The position numbers and the translations under genes were made by a program. From NCBI GenBank assembly GCA_973851085.1, contig OZ316775.1:14880001-14944000 (forward strand): a stretch of 64,000 nt of DNA. The letters are read 5' to 3'. This DNA is from Ptychomitrium polyphyllum (lineage: Eukaryota). Under the pieces are notes generated by a model. It was given only the letters and a program-made list of their open reading frames with translations. It was not told the origin of the DNA and did no database searches. Below, piece after piece: positions 40,551-56,087 of this stretch. How positions within the stretch are numbered: position 1 is the first letter of the stretch; each line of letters starts with the position of its first letter.

Positions 40551-41502
40551 ATGGGATGGTCTCCCGAAAGCGCTGCACAGGCGTATACTGAGACAGTGGA
40601 ATTGGTGAGTAGAGACTATGCCACGCTGACCAAATTTTGAAGCAGAGCATTATAACCTGAAGATTTGAAATGTGTGAGCAATTTAAAGAGGAATAGCAAT
40701 CATCTTGACAGTGCACTGAAAGCAGAGATTTAGTTCCATGATTGCATCACCGTCGTTGCACTTGGTAGGGTTGGTTGGTTTGCGTTCGAACAACTTTCGC
40801 TGCAACGTTCGCAATGCAGTTGAGATTAGGTTGGGGGGACTTTCCATCTGCGCATTTTGGTCTGATTGAATGGAATCTGTTGTGTTTTTGCAGTGTAAGG
40901 TTGGTATTGGGAGGAGATACGTCGCGGCAGGCGCAGAGCACCACAGCACAGAGTTTCTGGCCGCGTTGGCTGGCGGCATCGAGGCAAAGCTCATCGTGCA
41001 AGTTACGCGCTCTGCAACGCCAGCCACCATTGCACTCGCCGTCGCCGCTCGCAAGTCAAGCGGCCGTTTGATTTGCATCCTCTTGGAGTCGGAATCTCTG
41101 CTCAACGCTATGGTGGCCATGGACGCGCTAGGTTTGTCTACTGTGGTGGAGTTTCTTGTCGGCGACGCTAAGGATATCCTCCCCCAGTTCTCGGTAGTGG
41201 ACGTCGCCCTCATCGACTGCAGATTGGAGCAATCAGTAGAGCTTTTCGACCTTCTGAGACTGAACCCTAACCGCGCAGTGGTGGTCGCGGAAAATCTGTA
41301 CCTGAGAACGGCCAGGGATTTGTACGAAGACAAGATGACAAACCGGTCGGGGTCCAAGTCCGTCATCCTCCCCATCGGCAAAGGCATCGAGGTTGCCAAG
41401 CTCTCTCGCAGTGAAGACTTCGGCATGAAGCAAAACGAACCACGACGCACCACCAAGCGAGTCAGTTGGGCGATGGATATGGCCGACATGCTTCAATGCT
41501 AA
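40551..41502 (+). CDS. DUF1442 family protein (SAM-dependent methyltransferase-like fold); 2 coding exons, 40551-40604 and 40894-41502
   Basis: Exon 1 MGWSPESAAQAYTETVEL matches the family N-terminus (WSPExAxxAY). Phase-0 GT-AG intron. Exon 2 contains EFLAALAGGIEAKLIV, TIALAVAARKSSGRLICI, VEFLVGDA, VDVALIDC and LPIGKGIEV. Confidence 0.88.
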
Positions 41503-42549
41503 ATCACTTCCAACTTACGTTCATTGAATCCCCGTCCTAATACATTATACTGCTTGGCCATATCCATCTTCGCCCATTCCAAGTTCATCAGCATCTGCTA
41601 CCTCATTGAAGGTCAGTCACTTAAGCTAGCTTCTAAGCTATCCTTAGTCCTTGCATCGCCCTTTTCTTGGTGGAGGTTTCGGCGTCTGTTTTCTCACAGA
41701 CAGTGATGGTGCAATCCTTTTGCAGGTATCTTTTTCGGTGATTCAACCCATTTTTGCGATTGATAAACGGCTCGATTCGGCATAGATTGTAGTCTACTGA
41801 TTCTGTATACAAATTTGTGTACAGATCGGAGAAAGCTCTCTTGTAACGTGTGCATACTAAGATTTTGAGTGAGACTCGTAGAATTTAGTATTTCGAAGTA
41901 AACACATTCTTTAGTGTTTTATGCGTCCCTCGAGGATTGGTTAGACCTTTCGGCGTTGGTGTTCAATACATGCATCAGGCCCTCTGATGATATTTTGTAT
42001 TTTCAGTAAATAATGAATGAGAACAGGTATTAATTTTGACAAATGTTGAGATCGTGTGTGTCAGTCATGCATGCCATTTTGTATTGTGGTTGACTTGGTT
42101 TCCGGATGTTGGTGCTACCTTTGTCCTTTGAACTAAGTTACTGTTGGCTCCACCAAACGGTATGGTCTCATGCGTCATTGCATTGGCATAATTTGCATCT
42201 CATGTTTACCTTTTGAATGTGCATGCCTATTCGTACCTCAGAAAATCTAGAGTAGCTTAAAGCTTGGTGATCCAAATTCCAGTACCAACAGCTAAAGAGT
42301 CACTTATTCATCGTCAAACTGTACAGTACAATCATCTCCTCACATGTCCAATGAGCAGATGTTTCTTAACAACACTATCGGGATTTTGAGAGTATCGTTT
42401 GGTTGACAAGGTATTAGAAATTCTGATCAGATTTGTTTGATGTATCGTGCTGAAACAGCGCTATATGGCAACTAACCCGTATATGGTATATTGGGAAAGA
42501 AATCCTCAGCAGCAAAATGTGGAATCAGAACTTTTGAATGGAAATGAAT

Positions 42550-43869
42550 TTACACCTCTATTTATCCACTCGATCAAATTCACATAATCTACGGGCTCGA
42601 AACTGTCTAATATAGGATCTCTTGCTCTTCACCAGCTGTAAGCTTTGCATCGGTGAACACACGAGCAACAAGCACTGTTCGAAGCAGCTTAAGGAACGAC
42701 ATCCCAGTGCAATTCACACAAAAGTCAGTGTAAAGGTTATTGAAAATAGGCCTTCAAAAGGTGCGATGGCATTCCATTCACATGTGCACAAGTCGTAAAG
42801 CACTCATGCTCGCATTTTTAACTAGAAACGTAACTATACTCCATGTCACATGCAGTCACCATGAAGGATTCTTCACACGCATCAAAGCGCAAATTGTAAA
42901 GTTCCATCTAGTCGCACAATTGCACAGGATGACACTCGTGAGTTCCCAGTTTCATCCAGTTGGGCTTGCACGTCTACGCTTGATACTCCAAAATGTTAAT
43001 ACAAGGTTTTTTATATTTCAAGTCCTTGTGCAGCACAAAGAGTCGGTCGTCAGCACAAAGAGACGGTCTTACACAAGCGCGTAACCGGGGATAGCATGAT
43101 TTGCGGCGATCACCTCTAATGAGGATTCACTGGGTTCAATAAATAGATCGAGCTCAAGAAAATCATGTTTTGCACTATCAAATGCACAAAGTCCAAGCAG
43201 ACCGTCCAGATAATGACCCTCTTCATTTGAACAACGATCAATATATAGAAGCGTTTTGTACCCAAAAATGCAGCTGTAGTAGCCCTTATCCCATGCTTCC
43301 CTATCAGGGTCGTGAACATGGCCACAATCCAAGGTTCGGAGTCCCGTGAACGATTCCTGTCAATCACACAATCACTTGGTAACATTTGATGTCACGATTC
43401 ACCACCAGCTGTATCGTCAAGTGCTGCTCTCGGCTCAGAGAATGAGATGCTAGTTATTTACTTTGTCCTGTTAAAGGATTGTACACCAAGATCCTCGTTG
43501 GAGCCCCATCTGTTGGAAAGTAGGGGGCTACGTAGTAAACTGTCCACTCGCACACTTTATGCGATGCGGGTAATATTTGTAAACATCGGTCTCCAAACGC
43601 ATTGGGAAGAAGTGTAGGACGAAGTGCCATGCGTTTGCCTGGAAGTCATATACTAGAAAACAAAGAGCCCCTCCCTACACGAGTTGAAAACTATTGTGGG
43701 CATCTACAAGTTTGCTTCTCTGAATGGCCTCAACCACACAGAACCTCCTTCTGTCACGCTCTGCTTCCACTTCTTGGAAAGTAGTCTGCCACATCTGAGG
43801 AAACGGCAGGCGAGCTAAATCCATCTGCAACAGGTCCGCAGGGAGCGTGCTCCAGAGGTAGGGATCCAT
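42550..43869 (-). pseudogene. F-box (kelch/FBA-type) protein pseudogene
   Basis: MDPYLWSTLPADLLQMDLARLPF F-box start, followed by frameshifted LSKKWK, LVYDFQANAW and RILVYNPLTGQSK*. Several stops and frameshifts. The 3' end is approximate. Confidence 0.7.
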
Positions 43870-45389
43870 GTTGCCGCACACATGCTCACAACATTTGGGC
43901 TGTGCAGGCTCCCTTGCAGCACTACTTCCCAGTTGCAGTGGCAATGGAGTCCGAGTACGACTGCAGCAATGTATGTCTACTTCCACCATCGCGATTCAAT
44001 CCGCACTGGAGTGATTGTGCTGGAAGAGTGGTCGCCTGTCCCTGCAGAATTAGCGAGCTCTTTAATTAGAAGCTCCAGGTGATACCTCATGGTACACGCT
44101 CTCTCTAGAAGCTTCATCCTCTCCTTAGAGCTCGCCCTTCACTTTGGCTTCATAAGAATATACACTAGACTATGATAATAACAAGGGAGCGCGATGTCAA
44201 CAAAGGTATTTTACATCGAAGTAGGATGCACTAGGCAAGCAGTGTAGTATATGTAGAAGGAGCTTGGTTTTTTCAATTACCTATTTATATTGTAAGGCTC
44301 TTTAAATTCATACTTGTCTTCATAACAATTTACAAATTTTTGAAGTAGCAAACATCTTGTTGTCATCAAAGTACTTATTTAATTGGATTTTGATCATGTT
44401 TTAGTTTAAATTTGAAAATGCCACATTTACACCTCAAATATGATAATATTAAGATCATTACTATTTGGTATTGTCCCATTTTGCACTCAACAAAGGATGT
44501 AATAACATCAAAAATGTAGTGTAAAAGGAAGATAATTATTTAGAATCCTTAAAGACAACTTCTTACATTTAGAGGTTTCAACCTTTAGGTGCAAATGTAC
44601 CATACTAATTTGAGCTCCACCCATCCAACAAAGTATTCTATTAATCCAAGGTTCATATCAAGTGTTCCTTAAATTAAACAATTGCTTTTTCTTCAACGAA
44701 GTTAGCCCAACTGCTTGTGCGACCGTAGACTATCGTAAGAAGTTTCAACATATACCCTATAAGATCTGGTTGACTTGTCTGTAGGAAACAATCAATTATT
44801 CATATTAGCAATGCCAGGCAAGCAAACCCTCGGCTATAATGTGGAAAACAGGATACTGTATTCTGTGGCTTAAAAGGAAATGAAGTGCTGGCACTCACAT
44901 GATGCACCTTCGCAGGCTGGTCTTTGGTGAGTCTGTGCCACAAGCTTTGTTAATTCAACGTACAGAGCTTACTGTTTTGCAGGATGTTTTGCAGGAATCC
45001 AGTTGCAAACCTGGTCGTGGCAGTCATGACCACGTCTTGCAACCACAGGCGGATCAGCCAGCCAAGGTTCCGAGCTGTGCGCCATTCTCCTCCCTGGTGG
45101 TGCAGTTGAGGAGCTAGAAGGACCTTTAGGACGCAACCTTTGTAGACAAGACGGGGACTGAGGGTGAGCGTGAGGTTACTTTGGATCCCATGTCCTCAAT
45201 CATCGGTCAGGGTTCATCTTACACTGTACTCTTTCTCGATGTAGTAACTTCTCGTAGTTAGAGTACTTCGTTGCTAACAGCCAGAGGAATGAATGTCTGG
45301 CTCGAATTTGAAATCCAACTTTCTGCGGACAGGTAGAGCCTTGCTTGAAACGTATCTTATCAGTATCAGAGACGGGTTGATTGCTGGTT

Positions 45390-47206
<1,817 letters not shown>

Positions 47207-50200
47207 ATGAGCTAGGGCATGGTGATGGCGTCGCCACTAAAAGCGTTTCCCAAAAGGGCAAGCTTGCAGTAAGCTTTAACCTGTAAATAAGGTGGGGAAA
47301 CGTGCAGCGGAGGCCACGTGAGTTAGAGTGGATCTTGTGAATATTCTAAATGGGTAGGGTGATATATTGTCCCTCAGTGATGATCTAGAGATAAACTAGT
47401 CACAGGCGAAGGGGTCTAGAATTAATTTTCTCATTTAGGATGCTGAAGTTCTTAATCTTCACAACATATAGCAGGAGTACCATCCTTGGAGAGCATTGGC
47501 TTTTTCTTCTAGAAGAGAAGTCCTATATGAAAATTAGGCGTTACTTGAATTTCCACATGACACTGCCTTATGCACATGTCTGTGCAGAACAAGGACTTTA
47601 TTATTTCTCATGGCTCAAATTCTCTTCCTGTAGAGTAAGAGTACCAAGTTAGTTTCAGCACGGGCCTCCTAGACACAAGTAAGTCCAGGGAAAATGAAGA
47701 ATTAGTATGAAGCTAATTGTGACTATAGCTAATTACTTTTAAACACCTCTTTGGATAGCTTGGATATTCAAATGGTGAAGAAACATAACATTGTTTAGCA
47801 ATTGGTGTGGATCACTCCAAAGGCAACAATACCTCTAATCATGAATCTAAGGCAATTGAACATGGTTTCTGATACTAAAATACAATTTCTTGATGTTGAA
47901 TATTATCCACAAAGAAAAAAACAAATTCCAACACTCTAGAAAACGTATTATTTGAACACTATATAGAAATCTTATAGTATATGAAAATGTAGAATCTTAG
48001 GATTTAACTTCCATTATCTCATGTTATAAAAAGCGTCCGTTTCTACATGATTATTATCTATTGTTGAAGTAATATTTCTATTCTTATCACTTTCATGCAT
48101 GTATTGCATTCAATTACAATTTCAAAAAATTCAAAAAATACATGGATCTTTGTAATGTTTCTAATACATTAAAAATGTATTCTATGAATACTATTTAGAT
48201 ATTACATAAGTGAATAATAAATTTATAATGTTATAGATTTTCAAAATTTTATTAGTGAGCTGCATATTTGTTGATAAATTCCCATACCAGCAGAACAGTT
48301 TGAAATTGTTTATAAGTTCCTATAGCAGCTTAGTTTAACATAGCTGGATCCTGCAGAGTGATTATTTGAGGCTTCGACTAGTTCGTTGAACCCGTGAATG
48401 GCCTGAGAATTTAGTCTTCCTCAGGATATTGGATACCTTCTGAATTTTGCAGATCATACCAGTTGGTGTTGTTTGCTGATTCAGTGAAATATACCTGGAT
48501 GCAGGGTCTCCTTCAAGTGGACATTTTGGTATGAGAATCATCTTTAGCGAGTAAATAACCATTTGTGGGTTAACGTGTTAAAGCAGTGCACTTCAGAAAC
48601 TAGTGGATGTAACAGTGGCCTCTGCATTACAAAATCTATCTGTTTGCTTCTGAAACGTCAAGCAGAGAAGAGAACCATGAAATTTTACATGATTCTGGGA
48701 AAGCCAGCTTGCACCGAATATTGGCTAGTAGCCCAGAATAGTACTATATTTTGCGCCAGGATTTCTATTCGGGTACTAGGGTATATGATTATGAGAATCA
48801 TTGCCATCCCACAGTGTTGAACCCAATCATTGTCAAACACCAAACAGTGCGGCCACTTGCAACTTTGCAAGTCTACCACAGTACTGCACGCATGAACTAT
48901 AGTACATTAATCCAGTCTGTACTTTGACGTAAAGCTCAGGGAGAAGATGTTTGGACCCAGCTGCACCCGACGAGGTTCAAATATCTGGTCATGTTCCTGT
49001 TCCACAGTTGATGCAATCCTTAAAACCCTTGTGTTGTGTTGTATTGTGTTGTGAAAATAATGTATTTGCTAACGTCCAACTTTGATAACCGACATTCCAC
49101 GCCGAAGTTGGCTGCCAGTAGGTGCTTGTGCTTGTAACCATTAGCAATGAAATTTACTTTCAGTTGTATCAAAATAAAATATAAAATCGGGCTAACCAGA
49201 GAGCGCCGATTATTATAAAGTCTGAGTTCCAGGCTAAAATTTGTGGAAGAGAATCAGGAGCTATAATTCTTACTTTGAAGTATTCTTTCGATTGTAATCC
49301 TAGAAGCTACTGAGGTGCTTGTCAATGAGGAGGTTTGAAACACGATTCGCAGACTGCGAAACACTGGAGAGTCACCTTACCTCGAGCATATGGAGTTATT
49401 GTTGATTCGAAACTTTGTACCCCAGGGCTGTTAGTTTATGATGGGCTGGTGCAAGGACTAGAATGAGCTTCCAATTGTTCCGTTGTATCCAGACTGATCA
49501 ACTACTTGTAACTCTATGGTTTGGGAGTGAAAGTAGCTCACATATGATTTGTCAGGCTTAGACTTTACAAAGTTTCATGTCAGCCAGTATTAGGTGAGTT
49601 TTTTGCAAGCACTGAAGCTTGAAGTGCAGGTTATCGTCGATTAAAGATGTTATATGTACTTTCAGATGCTGGAATTGCTTTGAAAATTAGTTGTAAGCAG
49701 CTAGCAGTTACCACGTCCGTTCCTCATTACACATCGGCAGCATAACTCTCATTCCAGTTCCAGGCTCATATAACTAAATAAGAGTCAGACTTCTGAGTCG
49801 GCTGTCCATTCTCCCAAAAGTGTGTACGTATCTGACCGCTTGACGGACCTATAATTCGTCATTTATGGATGATCTCGATATATTGATTTCTGAAGTGCAG
49901 TACTCTTGAAAATGCATTATTTTTGGATGCTTTCAGACTTATTCGATCTGTCGATTCAGAATCTAATATAGTGCGTGCGAAGGAAAATTCATTTTTGTGG
50001 AGTGGATACTTCAATATGGTTGGCCACTTTTATATACATGTCTGACGGTCTGTCTCTATTCCTCGATCTCCCCTTTCTCCACTTTTACAATCATACTTGG
50101 CATGAGAAAGTTCATGGCTCAAGTTCATGTATCTGAATAGGATAATTAATTCTATGTATTTATTCCAGGTTACCGAGATGTCTAAGGTTCTAGCTTCTAT

Positions 50201-53200
50201 TACTTGCGTAGTACTTCACAGAATTCCCAGAATCCCGTATCACATGACCTCGGTGCAGTTCATGCTTCTTCTCCACTGGGGCATAGAAAATGATTTAAAT
50301 TTTAAGAAGAGTCGCTTACCTGGATGATAGCTTCTCCAGGATAACTAATTTTTAACCGCCTGTCCGACTGACCTGCCTCTGGCTTATGGACTCCACCCTT
50401 TCATTTACTCTTGCTGGTCACTGCTCACGCTCCCAGTCTGTCTATCGCCCTGGCCCTTGCCCTGGTCTGCAGGTGACTGGGGTTCAAGATTTGCTGTTGT
50501 TTTCCACTGCAATGAAATTCTGATATGATATTAGTTTCAGAATTGGAAAAGGAAAGGAAAAACTAATTTTAAAGCCGTAGATCGAAGTAGAATTTCATAG
50601 AGTGTCCTGTGTTGGATTCATCGGTTGCAGCCTCTAGGGAAAACACACTGTCAGCTGCAACACCCAATCTCAAGAAAGAAGACTGACTCGGTAGTGCGGT
50701 GACGTTTTCGTGATGGTGCGCGCAGCCACCACAGTCTGTGATATGTGGAGTGCAGCAGGTCCAGGACATGGTCAGCACATCATCTTGACAAGCGCAGCCA
50801 TATTTGCAGATTTATCAATTCCAAGACGACGGTTAAAAGTGAGATGCTTTGGCAGTTTCATATAATTTAGCAAGTAACCAGATACTTTACTCTCTGAAAG
50901 TGTGCGATTGTGTACATTTCTAGAATAGAAACCTCACTTTGGCAGTCTCGAAATTTCCTCGAAACTGTCAAAGTTTTGAACACCTTCCTTCCGTGAATTG
51001 ATGAAACGTTGACGTTGCTCCGAAGATGGCCTTTCGAAAACATGTGAACCTTCCATCGAGGTAAGTGATGACATCCTTTCTTCAATTAAGTTGTGTTTAT
51101 TATTGTTTTGGAGTTATGAATTTATACCCATGACCGGTAGTATATAATTGAAATTTGTTTTGGATCAACATCATGACACTGTAAGTTGATAAGTGGCCTG
51201 CCATGGGCGTTGTTTCAAAGCACGTCGAAGATCAGTTCGACTACACTACGCATTGGCAAGAGCTTTTCCTGCCGTAACCGAAGGCTCCGGTAGGATGTGG
51301 TGATTCCTGGTCACAACCGTACAGCTGGACCATAAAAAATAACCTAAAATACTTCCCTGAATATTGTAATCACCTTGGTTGTACCATATTTTAGGAAGAA
51401 ATTTTTTCAACCAGTACCAACCCCTACAGAGAGTAGTACTCGAATGAGTGAGATTGGTCAGTTCAGTCATCCGAGTGTGATTGATTTCTACAATCTAAAG
51501 CATGCAAAAACATTGCGGGTAATGCTCGTTTCTCTAAGTGACGTCAGGCGAGTGTTTAAAGACTTCAGTCGAGGTTGTCCAGTAGCACAATGATGAGTCT
51601 GCTAACAAAATTACTGGTGATAGAATTATGCTTTTGCAGGTGATAGAATTATGCTTTTGATGTGAATATTCTTTGCTTCAGGTTTTCTTCTATCTTCAAC
51701 ATTTTACTTGTTAAGTTTCAAAAAAGTTCTATATTTTACAACTTAATCAATTTCATAAACCTAAGTGGAACATTAGAAACTGTTCATTTCAACTTTAATA
51801 GCAAAAATGAAACATCTAAAAAAAGGATGAATGATAAATATTGCTATAACAATATGATGAATGATAGATATTGCTATATTCATTTGATTGGCCAAGGGTT
51901 AGATTAAGTTTTGAAATATAACTCTAATTGTTATAAAAGAAAGAGTGAATAAGAATGAATAGTGTTACTATTTGTTTGTTTATTCATTTGTCATTGGTTT
52001 TAGTGTATTTAAACAAATACATTAAAACATTAGAAGAGCATTGCTAAAAAAGAAACCAAAGACAACCCTCCTGAAGAATTAATGACTAGTTCAACCGTTT
52101 CAACAGGTACTTGGGCCAGAGGTCCAGAGCCAGTATTTAAACTGAGCTCCCACCAATGGATATATAATAAGGTCTAAAAAAGTGACACAGCAAAACCTTT
52201 GAGGTCACATTGATCAAGTTAGAAGTGTTGAAGATGGTCTTCGTGTGATATTATCACCACTGGAACAACCTTGTTCCAGTGCTGATATTATGTGTGCGCA
52301 ACCCGTATTTTTAATACTATCACTACTTTATGCAGATTTTTCCGGGTATCCTTGCTTTTGTCCCTTCTCAGAGATCGGCCATTCGTCAATTCTACTGATC
52401 ATCTGATGGTCTTTTACAGACAATGTACTATTAAATATGTAAATTATTATCTGTAGGAATTAACTCTTAATTAAGGAAATACTTTGGACAGTGGTTGCAA
52501 CCTTTTTCACTGCCTCTCCTGGTTTCGTTCTTGGTGACATGTTGTTCCTTTAGCTTGGACTAATAAGCGGCTCGTTCGTGCAACGCTGCTACTGCCGCTA
52601 CTTGAATGCCGCTTCGATCTCGTAGCAACGCGGCGTTTGTGATTCGCCGGTAAGTCGATTGTCCATCTTCAACCCTTGCAGCGGACTAGTTAGTGAGGTC
52701 GAAAACATGTCTTAGACTGATTTAGTGCAGGTTGTCGAAAAAGAATTTTCTGATGGACTACCGAATCCGTCATCACATTTAGGTAGTCCGCTATGAACAG
52801 GATACTTCCCTTGCAAGCTAGAGTACAGTTCAAACGATAATGTCTTCAGAACTCATCCGCATCTACAAGCGTCGATTCAGACAACGCCTCTCTCTCCGGC
52901 CAGCACCAACCAAGTCGGTATCAATGATTTGCTCCATCATCGGTGTTTCTATCCATAATTGTTTAAAAGTTTGATATCTCCAGGGGTCTGTGTATGATTC
53001 GTTTGTGAACCAACAGCTTGAAGTTGGTGTTGGCATTAAGTCGGTCGGGTTAGGTTCAGAAGCGCTGAGTGCGGAAGTTCATTTATTTGGGTCTTTTCAA
53101 GTTTTCAGTGTCCCAAAATTGAACCACTTCAAACTTTCTAATTCCTACATAAGAAGTTTCAGCAACTACTGTACTAGGGCAAATAATGCAACATCCCTGT

Positions 53201-56087
53201 GCTATATGATACTAGAATGTCCATCAGTGTCTATATTTTAATTTGCTTTTCTCCTAGGACAGCACTTAATCGATAACCTACACGATTGTCTTTAGGAAGC
53301 CATCTTAGATCCCACGAGATTCAAATGTGCCACTTTTTGCCATTTCATACTAAGAAGCAGTCATTATGTGAGTAGGATTAATGCATTCCTTAGCCGATGA
53401 CATTCCATAAATCAGAGCAGATTTCAGACATAAGGTGCGCATTGACCTCTGGATAGAAGCCTACAGATGACGTACCCCTAATTCACTAGTTTGATTCATA
53501 ATTGCGAAGAAATATATCATGATGAATATACGCGTCTTGCAGTCTTCATGATTTATTGATTCAAGAATCAAGATATTGGTTTAGTTGTAGTTTACTGTAT
53601 CTGACGTCAAACTGTATGTATGGTGCTCACATCACAGGTAGTTCAAACGAAGGCGCTGCACATCCAGCCTGGAAGCCAGACGACGTTAAGCCTGAATGAC
53701 CAACAATTTCACCATGGATTACTCGGCATTCGAACGGCCTTTAGTTCTGATGCAAGCCAATTTTTATCTCGGTGATAGCACAGGATGCCACACAAGAGGA
53801 TGATGGCGTAGTCGTTAATATGACTCATCAACCTCGACTAGGTTTGTAGCTTGCTCAACGTTTATTGTAATTGTCCTGCTCGCTATAGATCCTGCTAGGT
53901 ATTCATGCCGTCCACGTGGTAGGTACTAGGTACAGTTGTCTTTTGTTAAAGGTTGCAAAGAATAATATCATTTCGGTTCAGATCGAACTGACACTAATTC
54001 GGTATAGTTGTTTTCTCGATGCATTCAGGAGTCAATACAAAAGTAAAAGTTAAATTTCCGCATTAGAGTGAACCCTCATCATGTGTGACGGCCAATTTCA
54101 TCCATACAGATACAACATCGTTTATATCAGCATGAGTACCTCTTTTCTGTAGTCACTGGTAGGATTCTGCCCTATATGTTGCTGTTACGGTGATACTCTA
54201 TGTGAACTCGTTATTTGTAAGTTATAACATGTCGCTTTCTCATACTACATACCGGTGAATTCAGTTTAAATTATCTCACTGACAAGTCCCGGCAGTATAT
54301 CATCTATTAATGTTCTCCACGTCGTGCATCACAGTTAGACTAACCTGATATTTTGTGTTGATCGTGTTTTAGGGTTGAAGTTCGACTGCTCACAGTATAT
54401 CAAGTTATCTGCAAGTTGCAAATCACGAAATAAAAATATTTGCAACTACTTGAGGAAAATGTCAATGGTAGACTTTATTAACTCGTTGCAACTTTACTAA
54501 ACCTAGCCCCGGTACTTGCAGGGCAGCCTCATGAGCCTCCAAACGAAGAGGACTCAGCGATAGAGTCTGTAATGGCACAAGCTAATGATCTAAAGAGCTT
54601 CCAAGAGTACGAAGCTTATTTCTTCGGTGCCGTTCACTTGGATTCAGACAGCGACGGGCCTGAAGACGACTCTGATGACGACTCTGATGACAGTTTAAGG
54701 ACTGAATTGTGATATACAGATGTTACCTCCACACCTGGATTCATGGTAAATGGACCTGATACATTCACTCTGTTTTTAAGCAGTCATTAAACAACAGGGA
54801 TTGGCCAGTTAAACGAATATGGCTTTACGAACTCGAGGCAGCTTCGTCTCAGTAGGATTATACCTCCCGAGGTCCAGTTACACTGAAAGAAGCGGCCAGC
54901 TGCAACTGACATATGATAAGATCACGTGATTGGGGTCTCATGTATCATTTGATGAAGCAGCAGCTGCTGTACAAAGGTGTCCTAAAACTGACTTTGGAAA
55001 CCAGAACTACACATGGAGGCTGCTGTGCAGTACAGCCATCACTATATCTACCTTACAGGTGCATCTATTTCCGTATCTAACCTTTTTAGATAAAACTATT
55101 GGCTATATTCGATGACGTCATCTCGAACTATAGCCCCTTTCACACTAGCTTGATATCATACTTAAAATTATCGTCTCCGTGATAATATTCATGCAGCTAC
55201 TCTTTGTTTGCTCATGAGCTGATAACTACTATGTACTGGTATAGTAGTTGGTAGTTGAGTATTAGATCTGCTACAGTTTATACTAGTCGTATTAGGTGTT
55301 GTACTCGAGGAGAGATTTTGAAGTACATTACTTGTTGCACTTGGAATACAGAATAGGAAGCTGCACTTGCAGAACTTCTCAAAGCGGGTCTCAGAAGCCC
55401 ATGACATGGACCTTCTGAAGAGAGAAAAGTCAAACTTAGCCTGATGTGCACAGGTTAAGGTTTATTAAAAAGAGGGTTTGGGATTGTATTTATAAGTTTT
55501 ATCCAAAAGGTTGTACCTACAAGTATATATGTACATGTAACATGCGTGCTGAGAATTGCCAGCCCGTAAAAGACCTCGTGAGAACAGACTCAAGCTTCTC
55601 AAACCTTTTTCACAGACTTGTACTGTAATTTAAGGGAAGCACACGCATTAGGTGCACTATAAGCAATTGAACATCGTTCCTAAACAAATTTATTGTCACT
55701 TGGTTTTGTAGGGCCTTGGAAGAGGACTCCAACACACTTGAAACATATTTTGGACACTATATGAATAGGTGAAGGATTATTAAATTTCTACCATGAGGTG
55801 CACCAAAAAGTGACTAAATTTGATTTGAAAACTCTCCTTTCCGCCATAATGCTAAGAACAAATTTGTTACACCGCTGGGTAGGAAACCTCATTTCAGTAA
55901 AAATTAGTTGAGTCTATAAAATCCATCCTGTTCTAAATTTCTTGTGCTCTTATGACCACACAAATACGATTACTGTCCAAGGGAAAGCTTTGAAACAACC
56001 CTAGCTTAAAGCACAAATAATTGAACCAGATTTGGTGGTCAAACTCCAGCTGCTTTTGAAGAGGCCGCCTTGCAACCTGTGAACTAT

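Noticed and set aside
40683..41489. 268-aa minus-strand ORF
   Set aside because: Antisense shadow of the GC-rich DUF1442 exon; no recognisable motifs.
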